Positions 1 through 8,592 of a DNA stretch of 57,205 nt are shown here, one piece after another (position 1 is the stretch's first letter; each line of letters begins with the position of its first letter). This DNA is from Pseudomonadota bacterium (GTDB lineage: Bacteria > Desulfobacterota > Desulfobacteria > Desulfobacterales > JBDRRP01): assembly GCA_043825735.1 (NCBI GenBank), contig JBDRRP010000016.1, positions 1 through 57,205 on the forward strand, written 5' to 3'. The translations under genes were made by a program, and so were the position numbers. Below the pieces are notes generated by a model. The model saw only the letters and a list, made by a program, of their open reading frames with translations. It ran no database searches and was not told the origin of the DNA.

Positions 1-139
1 GCAGATAATACGCGGTGTTGGGAAAGCCCACCTTAGTGTCCGCATTGTGGGACGCCAAGGCCATCTGCAGCTTGCCTTCGACCTTGCTGACGATATTGTA
101 GCCGCCCTGAATGGCGGCAAATGCGACTAAACGAGACAT
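1..139 (-). CDS. acsB: Acetyl-CoA synthase (ACS) subunit, 5' end only; runs off the window edge
   Basis: ATG at 139 with SD GAAGGAGG. Translates MSRLVAFAAIQGGYNIVSKVEGKL...VGFPNTAYYL, a typical ACS N-terminus (FPNTAYYLP). Lies directly after cooS. Confidence 0.85.
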   Translation of the reverse strand, partial: MSRLVAFAAIQGGYNIVSKVEGKLQMALASHNADTKVGFPNTAYYL

Positions 140-174
140 GCTTCTTCCTCCTTCGTTGAGGATTTAGGTGGATA

Positions 175-2199
175 TTAGGCCTGGAGTTTCTGGCGATCAG
201 CCATGTCCATAAGCACGCGATCACGCGCCTTGTCGATCCCGAGCGCTTTTCGCTTGGCATCGATGTGGGCGATCATCATGTGAGCATGCTTGATGGGGTC
301 AGCTTCAAAATCCCACTTGCCGCCGTAAAGATTTTCCATCTCCTTGAAAAGGTAGTCCTGGAACACCGGAGCCCCGACCGTGGGGAAGTGGTAGCCAAAG
401 ACCGTATACACACCGGAGGTGACGAAGTACTGGCCGATGCTGATGGCCTTTTCGCTCATCCATTCGGGGGCACTGCCCGCTGCAGGAATGTCGCAAAGGT
501 CCTTACCCAGACCGCCGGCCTTGATGACCTCGGTGGCCGCCAGCAAAATCCGGCTGTTGTCCACACAGGAGCCCAAATGCAGCACCGGCGGGATACCAAC
601 GGTCTCGCAGACTTCGGCAAGCCCGGGACCGCAGAAGACCTGGGCCGTATCCGGCGTCAAAAGCCCTTCCATGGCGCAGGCGATGCCGTTGCAGCCCGTG
701 GTGAGCACCAGCACGTCGTTTTTGATCAGCTCCTTGACGATGGTGATGTGCGCTTCATTGTGACGGGTACGGGCGTTGTTGCAGCCCACAACACCGGCCA
801 GACCGCGGATACGGCCGTTGATGATGTTGTCGTTCAGGGTGTAGTAGCTGCCCCTGAAGGTGCCCCCCAGGTGGTACTGGATCGACTCCACGCTGAAACC
901 GGCGATCTGGGTGGCTTTCTGGGGCGGAATCATCACCTCGGCGCCCCGGTTCTGGAAGTTGTCGATGGCCATTTTCACGATACGCTTGGCGTCTTCCATG
1001 GCATGGTGCTCATCGAATTCGATGTGCTCCACATTGGCCTGCTCCATGCGCGCGATGGGATGGGTGGTGATCAGCTTGGTGTGAAAGCACTTGGCCACGT
1101 TGGCCAGGTTCTGGAATACGCACTGGATGTCAACGACCATGGCATCGCAGGCGCCGGTGATGATGGCCAATTCCTGCTGCAGATAAGTGCCTGCCGGCGG
1201 AACGCCGTGGCGCTGCAGGATCTCGTTGGCCGTGCAGCAGATGCCGCCCAGTTGAATCCCCTTGGCGCCCTTGGTCTTGGCGTAGTCCAGCATATCCTTG
1301 CTCTGGGCCGCGGCCACGATCATCTCGGAAAGCACCGGCTCGTGCCCGTGTACGATGATGTTCACGTGGTCTTCCTTCATGATCCCCAGGTTGGCCTCTG
1401 ACTGCAGCGGCGACGGGGTGCCGAAGAGCACGTCCTGAAGATCGGTGGCGAGCATGCTCCCGCCCCAACCGTCGGCCAGCGAGGCCCGGGCGCCCTGCTT
1501 CATCAGGTTCTTGTAGTCCTGATCCACGCCCATGTGGGTGCGGTGCATGATCTCAACGATTTCCCTGTCGATGTTGCGCGGCAGCACGCCCGCCTTTTTC
1601 CATTTTTCGTAAAGCGGCGCCGGAGCCCGCTTCAGGTAGAGCAATTCACCTTCGGCCTTGCCCCACTCGTTGAGGGCTTTTTCAGCCACTTCCAGCGCGA
1701 TTTCATCGATGTCGCGGTCCACTTCCTTACCATCGACCTCAACGGTGGTGGCCACCCCAAGGTGCGGCGCGACGGCTAAAAGCTTCACCGTGTCCTTGAT
1801 CTTGTAATCCTCGGTCTCCTTGCGGGCGGCGGACATGAACACCTCGGCCACGCTGCGACCGTGGTCGGAGTGGGCGGCCGCGCCGCCGGCAATCATCCGG
1901 ATGAAGTTTCTGGCGGCAATGGTGTTGGCCGTGGCGCCGCACAGCCCCTTGCGGGTGTCCTCGCCTTCAATGCCGCCTTTGGGCAAGGGCAGCCGGCAGG
2001 GGCCCATTGCGCAGTTCTTGCAGCAAATCCCCTGCATGCCAATGGCACAGGGCTTCATGGTCACGGCACGGTCAAATACCGTGTCGATGCCCAGTTCCTG
2101 GGCGCGTTTGATCATCAGCTGCGTAGCGACGTCGATGGAAGCAGCAACCGGATCCGCTACGGTGGCGGCCTTCTTCACGACTTTGGTTTCTTCTGACAT
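175..2199 (-). CDS. cooS: Anaerobic Ni-dependent carbon monoxide dehydrogenase catalytic subunit
   Basis: CCKNCAMGPC B/D-cluster motif. C-cluster ligand motifs HGHEP, ICCTANE, DIQC, VGCNN, TGC and GSCVDN. Start set at ATG 2199 (SD GAGGAGG) rather than the ORF-track start. Confidence 0.96.
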   Translation of the reverse strand: MSEETKVVKKAATVADPVAASIDVATQLMIKRAQELGIDTVFDRAVTMKPCAIGMQGICCKNCAMGPCRLPLPKGGIEGEDTRKGLCGATANTIAARNFIRMIAGGAAAHSDHGRSVAEVFMSAARKETEDYKIKDTVKLLAVAPHLGVATTVEVDGKEVDRDIDEIALEVAEKALNEWGKAEGELLYLKRAPAPLYEKWKKAGVLPRNIDREIVEIMHRTHMGVDQDYKNLMKQGARASLADGWGGSMLATDLQDVLFGTPSPLQSEANLGIMKEDHVNIIVHGHEPVLSEMIVAAAQSKDMLDYAKTKGAKGIQLGGICCTANEILQRHGVPPAGTYLQQELAIITGACDAMVVDIQCVFQNLANVAKCFHTKLITTHPIARMEQANVEHIEFDEHHAMEDAKRIVKMAIDNFQNRGAEVMIPPQKATQIAGFSVESIQYHLGGTFRGSYYTLNDNIINGRIRGLAGVVGCNNARTRHNEAHITIVKELIKNDVLVLTTGCNGIACAMEGLLTPDTAQVFCGPGLAEVCETVGIPPVLHLGSCVDNSRILLAATEVIKAGGLGKDLCDIPAAGSAPEWMSEKAISIGQYFVTSGVYTVFGYHFPTVGAPVFQDYLFKEMENLYGGKWDFEADPIKHAHMMIAHIDAKRKALGIDKARDRVLMDMADRQKLQA

Positions 2200-2257
2200 T
2201 AGAGGTTCCTCCTCATATTTTATTTTCCGGGGTGGGTATCCACCGCGGTTTATGTCT

Positions 2258-3817
2258 TTAGGATACCCGACGGTGAATGCGATCGAGTTGATAGAGCATC
2301 TTGTCAAGCGGACTCATCTGGTCGGCTGCGGCCGACATGGGAACCGTTTCATCCGCGGCGACCTTACGGCCCGCCTTGAATTTTTCACGTTCCGCCGCCC
2401 GCTTCTGGCGAAGTGCTTCGGCCTCGGCTTCGCGCTTGGCGTTGGCATCGGCGTCGGCTTTTGCTTTGGCGTCTGCTTCAGCCTTGACCTTGGCATCGGC
2501 ATCGGCCTTGGCTTTGGCTTCGGCGGCAGCCTTGGCGGTGGCGTCGGCGTCGGCTTTCGCTTTGGCGGCCGCTTCTGCCTTGGCTTTGGCCTCGGCGTCG
2601 GCTTTGGCCTTGGCCTCTGCATCTACGGCCGGCTTTGGAGCCGGTGCGGCAGCAGCGGGTGCCGGTTCAGCGGCCTTCTTGGGGGCGGCCTTCGGGGCCG
2701 GAGCGGCCTGAGGTGCTGCAGCGGCAGCCTTTTTCGGGGCAGCTTTCGCGGCCGGTGCGGCCTTCTTGGGCGCTTCGGCGATGGTCAGATCCGGTGCCGG
2801 TGCCAGTGCTGCCAGGTCGATGTCCACATCGTCGAGGCGCTTGGTGATGCCGGCGACTTTCTGGGCGGCGCCGCCATCGGCCATCAGGTCGATGTAGGCT
2901 TTCACCAGACGGATCGACTCGGGGTGACGCATGATGAGGATATTGCTGCCGGCATGCAGATAGGCCACCGCACCGACGGCTTCCATGATAATACCGCGTC
3001 GCTCGGGGTCTCCCAGGATGGGCGCTTCGGCGACGGACAGCTTGGCTTCCTTGCACTTCCAGATCTCGTTGCCGAGGTTGTTGATGAGCGGCTGCTGCAA
3101 CTTGTCGTCGCCCTGGGACAGGGCGGCTGCGCTGAGACGCTCCATGACGGAGTAGGAATACTCAAGGCCATAGCCCAGACCACCGGTGGTCGGATCGATG
3201 ATGACCTTGTCCATTTTTACGCCAAGGTTTTCCAGAAGAATGTTGACCTGCTTGGCGAGGTTGACATCGATGGGGGAAGAAGAAATGATCGTGTGGCCGT
3301 AACCCATGGCCGCCGCACCGATGCCCTTGTGGTTTTTGTCTTCCACGGGGCCCATCACCAGGTTGGCGCCCTGGTGGTCTTCGGCGATTTTTTTCAGGAC
3401 GGCTTCGTCTTTCTTGAAGTTGGCCACGCCCCAGATGATGAGCGGGACCTTGATCGCGCCGAGGACTTTCTTAACCGTTGCCGACGCCGCTTCCGGGCTG
3501 GCATCCGCGCCATTGGGATCGGTGCTTTTCAACTGAAGCACCACCATCTCGGCGCCATATTCCTCCACGCACTTCTTTGCCCACGCAGCCGGATCGGATA
3601 CCACATCCTTGAAGGGGCTCAGGGCAGCCTCGGGCCAATCTTCCGGTGCACTATCCCAGATTTCCATGGCGATCTTCGGCTTGTTGGCCATATCTCCTTC
3701 AAACGTGTAGAAAGGATAACAGGATTCCCCCCCCACGGTGATGGCGCTGTCGCCTTTGCCGATGGTAATCGGTTTGATGGTGCCGGAATACGATTCCTTA
3801 GTGAATTCGAAACCCAA
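2258..3817 (-). CDS. acsD: Corrinoid Fe-S protein small (delta) subunit with a long Ala/Lys-rich C-terminal extension
   Basis: [40 protein letters not shown] and ILIMRHP motifs. TTG start with SD AAGGAG. Confidence 0.93.
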   Translation of the reverse strand: MGFEFTKESYSGTIKPITIGKGDSAITVGGESCYPFYTFEGDMANKPKIAMEIWDSAPEDWPEAALSPFKDVVSDPAAWAKKCVEEYGAEMVVLQLKSTDPNGADASPEAASATVKKVLGAIKVPLIIWGVANFKKDEAVLKKIAEDHQGANLVMGPVEDKNHKGIGAAAMGYGHTIISSSPIDVNLAKQVNILLENLGVKMDKVIIDPTTGGLGYGLEYSYSVMERLSAAALSQGDDKLQQPLINNLGNEIWKCKEAKLSVAEAPILGDPERRGIIMEAVGAVAYLHAGSNILIMRHPESIRLVKAYIDLMADGGAAQKVAGITKRLDDVDIDLAALAPAPDLTIAEAPKKAAPAAKAAPKKAAAAAPQAAPAPKAAPKKAAEPAPAAAAPAPKPAVDAEAKAKADAEAKAKAEAAAKAKADADATAKAAAEAKAKADADAKVKAEADAKAKADADANAKREAEAEALRQKRAAEREKFKAGRKVAADETVPMSAAADQMSPLDKMLYQLDRIHRRVS

Positions 3818-4029
3818 TTTCTGTCTCCTTTGGCTGAGAATTAAGGTTCATCCAGCTACAGCTCTGGCGAAGTGTACTCCAGGCCGCTGCATAGCATAAG
3901 GGCCTGAATCTAATATGGATATACACCCCCTTTCTAAAAAGATATTTTATATCAGCACACCTTATACCGGAAGGTGTTATTTCCAATGGAAAAAATGGAG
4001 GGGAACGCCCGAATCACCAAGTATGTTCC

Positions 4030-4070
4030 TTTATATTAGGGGCTGGATGTTTGTCAATAGATCCAGCCCC
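4030..4070 (-). promoter_or_regulatory. Putative sigma70 promoter of acsD-cooS-acsB overlapping a 10-bp inverted repeat
   Basis: Minus strand TTGACA (4057-4052), N16, TATAAA (4035-4030). Arms GGGGCTGGAT 4039-4048 and ATCCAGCCCC 4061-4070. Confidence 0.55.
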
Positions 4071-4118
4071 CTGAACCGCAATCAGTATCTGCTGAGGGTT
4101 ACGGTTTTTGCAGCGGCG

Positions 4119-6068
4119 TTACCCGCCCGGCTTGCGGCGCTGCGCCAATCGGGATTTGAGCTTTGGAAACTGGTTCAGATCCGTGTGCGGCAGAAATAGC
4201 GCCGCCACGTAATTGTCCATGAAGGAGGAGGTCTCAGACAGCTCGAAATTGGTCATCATCCGGGTGACACCGACCACGTCCTGGCGAATCCGGTTGGTAA
4301 GGCAGCTCATGCGTGCGCCCAAGAGGGATCCGTTGCCAATGAACGTGACGCACCCGGCGTCGATCTCCGGCAGCAATCCGATGGTGATGGCCTTTTCCAG
4401 ATCCACGTAACTGCCAAAGCCGCCGGCAAGGATGATGCGTTCGATGTCGCTGATGTGCATGCCCACTTCTTCAAGCAGGGTCAGGCAGCCGCTGTAGATG
4501 GCGCCCTTGGCCCGGATCAGGTTGTCGATGTCCACCTCCGAAAGGGCGATGTCCCGGTCGATCTGGGTTTCTTCCTGCCAGGCCAGCACATACTCCCAGA
4601 TGCCGCGGCGCTCCCGGACGCGATCGGTGCCCAGGTCCCGGTTGAACTTGCCCTGATTGTTGATCACGCCCGTTTCAAAAAGGGTCGCCACCATGATGAT
4701 GAGTCCGGAGCCGCAGATCCCCCGGGGGCGGACGTTGCCGACGGTCATGAGCATGGGCTCCAAGGAGACGGGGTCGATGGAAAAATCCTCGATGGCCCCC
4801 TTGGCCGCACGCATGCCGAATTCGATCCCGCCCCCCTCGAAGGCAGGGCCGGCCGAGCACGCCGCACAGGCCATCCAATCCTTGTTGCCGATGACGATTT
4901 CCGCATTGGTGCCGATATCCATAAACAGCGTGAGCTTGTCGGTGCGGTAGAGGCCGGAGCCCATGACGCCGGCCACGATGTCGCCGCCGACATAACTGGA
5001 CACCTGGGGATAGACCAGGGCCGTGACGTGCTCGCCGAGGGCCATACCGATCTCCACAGCCTTAATGGGCGGATACAGGGTGGCGGCCGGAACGTAAGGG
5101 GACCGCCGGATATAGCGGGGGTTCACCGCCAGCAGGAGCTGGGTCATGGTGGTGTTGCCGGCCAGGGTGACCGTGGAGAGATCTTCAGGGTCGATGCCGG
5201 CGCCCTTGATGATTTTTCCCAGGATGGTATTGATGGTGGCGACCACCACCAGCTGGAGCCGCTGCAGTCCGTCGCCTTTTTCCGCGAACACGATTCTGGA
5301 GATGACATCCTCGCCGTAACTGATCTGCCCGTTGAAATCGCCCTGCTCGGCGAGCACCTCCCCGGAGGCCAGGTCGATGAGCTGGCCGTAGACGGTGGTG
5401 GTGCCCACATCGATCGCCACGGCATAGGACCGCTCGGTGGTATCGCCGGCCTGGACATTGATGATGCGGGTTTTGCCGCCCTGGCGCACGGGCCTGAGCA
5501 GCGTCGCCGTGATGCGGAAGTCGGCTTCGCGCATGACGTCGGGCAGCTTCCGGATGACGCCCAGATCCACTTCGAGCTGGGTCTCGCCGTAATTGGCCTT
5601 GAGAAAACTCACCAGGCGGGTGACGTCGGGCAGGTGGTCCTGGTGGTCGGGGGGAGTGATTTCCAGATACCGCTTTTCCACCGGGGGCATGAACAGCCCC
5701 TCCTCCTTGAGCGCCTCGAAATCAAAGGCGCGGATCTTCGCCATGCGTCGCGGTGTCACATGGGCCATCAACGCAGAGGTATCGATGTCCGATTCCACGG
5801 GAACCCGCACGGTCACATCCCCGGCCACCACGCTCAGACAGGCCAGCCGATAACCCCGATCCATGTCTTCCTGGCTCAACCGCTGGGACGCGCCACCAGT
5901 CACTGCGCCCGATTCGATAATGACCCGGCACTTGCCGCAAACCCCCTCACCACCGCAGGAGGCGTTGATGTGAACCCCGGCCTCCATGGCGGCGCGAATC
6001 AGGGTCTGGCCCTGCGGTACGCGGATCGATTTTCCGTGGGGAAGAAATGTTACGGTCGCATCACTCAT
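4119..6068 (-). CDS. acsV: ATP-dependent reductive activator of corrinoid proteins (RACo/AcsV type; [2Fe-2S] + ASKHA domains)
   Basis: N-terminal CGGEGVCGKC...LAC ferredoxin. DVGTTT, GEDVISRI, DIGTNAE, SAGPAFEG, GICGSG and LAGGFG motifs. Next to acsD. Start 6068 with SD GGAGG. Confidence 0.88.
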   Translation of the reverse strand: MSDATVTFLPHGKSIRVPQGQTLIRAAMEAGVHINASCGGEGVCGKCRVIIESGAVTGGASQRLSQEDMDRGYRLACLSVVAGDVTVRVPVESDIDTSALMAHVTPRRMAKIRAFDFEALKEEGLFMPPVEKRYLEITPPDHQDHLPDVTRLVSFLKANYGETQLEVDLGVIRKLPDVMREADFRITATLLRPVRQGGKTRIINVQAGDTTERSYAVAIDVGTTTVYGQLIDLASGEVLAEQGDFNGQISYGEDVISRIVFAEKGDGLQRLQLVVVATINTILGKIIKGAGIDPEDLSTVTLAGNTTMTQLLLAVNPRYIRRSPYVPAATLYPPIKAVEIGMALGEHVTALVYPQVSSYVGGDIVAGVMGSGLYRTDKLTLFMDIGTNAEIVIGNKDWMACAACSAGPAFEGGGIEFGMRAAKGAIEDFSIDPVSLEPMLMTVGNVRPRGICGSGLIIMVATLFETGVINNQGKFNRDLGTDRVRERRGIWEYVLAWQEETQIDRDIALSEVDIDNLIRAKGAIYSGCLTLLEEVGMHISDIERIILAGGFGSYVDLEKAITIGLLPEIDAGCVTFIGNGSLLGARMSCLTNRIRQDVVGVTRMMTNFELSETSSFMDNYVAALFLPHTDLNQFPKLKSRLAQRRKPGG

Positions 6069-6221
6069 ATATGGGGACCTCCACGCCGGTGCTGACACCG
6101 CCGGCATTGCGTTAAAAAAAATCTTTTTCGCTTATCCAGAAAGCTCAAGCCACAACCGAATGCCATTGCAATCGGAAAAAATCATATCACTGCAAAGTTC
6201 ACGCAGCACACGGGGGTTTTT

Positions 6222-6344
6222 TAACCCCAAAAAAATATTTCTCGCGCAGAGGCGCGGAGACGCAGAGAACTGCGGTAAATTGAATTGCGCGAGTGCTTTC
6301 CCCTGCGCCTCTGAGAGAAAATCGCTTATTTACAGGACTGTCAA
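6222..6344. repeat. REP/MITE-like imperfect palindromic intergenic element
   Basis: Arm TTTCTCGCGCAGAGGCGCGGAGACGCAGAG pairs with ...CCTGCGCCTCTGAGAGAAA. The right end TTATTTACAGGACTGTCAA resembles the ends of the elements at 11.8 and 23.4 kb. Confidence 0.65.
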
Positions 6345-6475
6345 GGTTGATGTCCCTGGAAGAAGACAATTTCTTCTCTTTGCTGTCATCCCGACAAAGG
6401 CCAGAAACCAGGCTGCTCATACATTTCAGGGCTGCCCCGGAAACCCGATGCTGCGCCCAGGCATAGACAAAGAGA

Positions 6476-8359
6476 CTAAGGGCTGTCCGGCGCTTCCTTA
6501 AAATAGCACCGCAGCTCGAGCATATCCCCGTCCAGGGTGTTACTGACCTTATAGGGCAAGGTTTTAAACAGGCGGATCATCCCCTGGTTGTGGGGTGCGG
6601 TGAAGGCGACCAGACCGTTGATCCCGTTGTCGCGGGCCGCCAGGGCCAGTTTCTGGATGAGAATTTTCCCCATCTTCTTTCCCTGCCAGTCCTTGCTCAC
6701 GGAAAAAGCCACCTCGGCGATGTTCTTGGACTCATCCAGAAGCGATTCCCCCACGGCGATCACCCGGCTGAATCCGATGTCCCCCACGGTGGCGATGACG
6801 GTAAGGTCCTTGAGATAATCGACCTGGCTGACCCCCTTGACATCCTTTTCCAGAAACGCCGTCTTTTCGTGGAAAAACCGCGACACCACATCGTCTTTGC
6901 TCAGTTGGTAGAAATGCTCCTGAATACGGCGCTGATCCACCGGTTTGGCTGGACGGATCGTCACCATCTCACCATCGATCTCCCGCACTTCCTCGAGATG
7001 AACGGGGTAAACGCCGTGCATGGCTTCAGAGAGCGTCTGCTGCTTGCCGAGCAGACCCATTTCCTTGGCCTTTGCAAACAGCCCATTGCGAAAATCCGGG
7101 TGGGCGAGACTGATCATGGCCATGGCCCGCTCCTTGAGGCTCTTGCCGAAAAGCCGGGCCATGCCGTACTCGGTCACCACGTAGTCCACGTCCCCCCGCG
7201 GGACCACAATCGCCATGTCGCTCAGCATGGGGACGATACGACTGGTCTTGCCCTGGTTTTCGGTGGACAGCAGCATGATCACCGACTTGCCACCGACGGA
7301 TCGGCTGGCGCCGCGGACAAAGTCGAGCATCCCCGTAACCCCTGAAAAATGGTTGTAGCTCAGGGCGTCGGCCGCCACCTGGCCGGTGAGGTCCATGGCC
7401 TCGGCCACGCACATGGCCACCATTTTATTATGACGCGAAATGATGGACGGGTCGTTGACGTAATCGGAAGGCTGGAAATCGATAGACGGGTTGTCGTTGA
7501 TAAATTCGTAGAGGTTTTTGCTCCCGATAGCGCCGCTGGCCACCACGCGCCCCTCCTTGTAGCCTTTGCGGCGGTTGGTGATAACCCCTTCGGAGACCAG
7601 CCGCATGATGCTGTCGGTGACGAATTCGGTGTGTACGCCAAGGTCTTTTTTTCCGCTCAGGGCCAGCAGGGTCGCCTCAGTGGTGGCACCGGGATCGATG
7701 TGTATGGTGGCACCGTCTTCGATGAGACGCGCCACGTTTTTGCCCACCATGTTGGCAGCGTCCATCTCTGGAGGCGAGGCCACCGTCAGCAGCGCTTCGT
7801 CGTACTCGACAATGACATCGACATCATTGACGTGGACAAAGCTTCTGCCCAGCACGCGGGGCATGTTCTGGTTTACCTGGGCGATCACCAAATCGGCCGA
7901 TTCTGCCGCTGCCAGGGTGATGTCCACCGACACCCCCAGGCTCATCCAGCCGAAATCATCGGGAGGCCCCACCTGGATCATGGCCACGTCGATGGGCAAC
8001 CGGCGGCTTTTGAACAGATGGGGCACCCGGCTCAGGTTGATGGGGGTGAGAAAGCGCATGTTCTGCGCGATGCCCTTGGGTCGCGCCGACCCGGAGTAGA
8101 ATGAACGGATATTGAAATTCTGGTCCTCGGTTTTACCGGCGATCAGCGACAGCGGGGTGCTCTCCAGGCTGAGCATCCGGATGATTTCCAGATCGGTGAA
8201 CTTGAGCGAAGCTTCTGCCAGCAACCGTACCAGGTGTTGAGGTTCTCCGCAGGAGGATCCGATGAACACCCGCTGCCCAGGCCGGATCAATTGGATGGCC
8301 TCCGCCCCTTGCTTTTTTTTTGCCACGTAATTGTCTGCCCAATAGATCGTCTTAGGCAT
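6476..8359 (-). CDS. Acetyl-CoA hydrolase/CoA-transferase family domain fused to a C-terminal GNAT acetyltransferase
   Basis: N-terminal CGEPQ, SLGVSVD, HTE and VVTEYG motifs. C-terminal EVAFSVSKDWQGKKMGKIL acetyl-CoA-binding GNAT motif. Confidence 0.85.
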   Translation of the reverse strand: MPKTIYWADNYVAKKKQGAEAIQLIRPGQRVFIGSSCGEPQHLVRLLAEASLKFTDLEIIRMLSLESTPLSLIAGKTEDQNFNIRSFYSGSARPKGIAQNMRFLTPINLSRVPHLFKSRRLPIDVAMIQVGPPDDFGWMSLGVSVDITLAAAESADLVIAQVNQNMPRVLGRSFVHVNDVDVIVEYDEALLTVASPPEMDAANMVGKNVARLIEDGATIHIDPGATTEATLLALSGKKDLGVHTEFVTDSIMRLVSEGVITNRRKGYKEGRVVASGAIGSKNLYEFINDNPSIDFQPSDYVNDPSIISRHNKMVAMCVAEAMDLTGQVAADALSYNHFSGVTGMLDFVRGASRSVGGKSVIMLLSTENQGKTSRIVPMLSDMAIVVPRGDVDYVVTEYGMARLFGKSLKERAMAMISLAHPDFRNGLFAKAKEMGLLGKQQTLSEAMHGVYPVHLEEVREIDGEMVTIRPAKPVDQRRIQEHFYQLSKDDVVSRFFHEKTAFLEKDVKGVSQVDYLKDLTVIATVGDIGFSRVIAVGESLLDESKNIAEVAFSVSKDWQGKKMGKILIQKLALAARDNGINGLVAFTAPHNQGMIRLFKTLPYKVSNTLDGDMLELRCYFKEAPDSP

Positions 8360-8592
8360 GCACCCACCTTTCCATGAATTGCTTTATAACCTACCTAAAA
8401 ATAGGTATATCGCCGTGTTAAAATAAACAGCGATCCCCTGCCCAAATCGCTTTCAGGAACAGGAAACCGAGGGCCCTACTGCCCCGCATGTGTAGCCTAA
8501 GAAATGGGCTTTAGCAAGGCATCTTGGCACATCAATCGCACCCGAAACGGCACCGGAGCAGGCGCTGCCGGCAAGCATCGGTGTTGCCCCCG

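Noticed and set aside
2400..2620. Tandem GGCTTTGGC/TCGGC repeats as a possible CRISPR array
   Set aside because: Degenerate coding repeats of the AcsD tail with no unique spacers; no cas genes in the window.
1820..3844. 674-aa plus-strand Gly/Phe-rich ORF
   Set aside because: Antisense shadow of acsD/cooS; the GFG repeats simply mirror the Ala/Lys repeats.
4455..6095. Long antisense ORFs here and at 20569-21945, 29063-30499, 34511-36130, 48278-50158 and 52525-54030
   Set aside because: Expected stop-poor reverse frames of GC-rich genes; no motifs or SD sites.
8313..8321. A9 run near the start of the transferase-GNAT gene
   Set aside because: Explained by Ala-Lys-Lys-Lys codons in frame; no evidence of slippage.
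8525..8540. Sigma54-like TGGCACATCAATCGCA on the plus strand
   Set aside because: Points antisense into the recD2 3' end with no credible gene downstream; probably chance.
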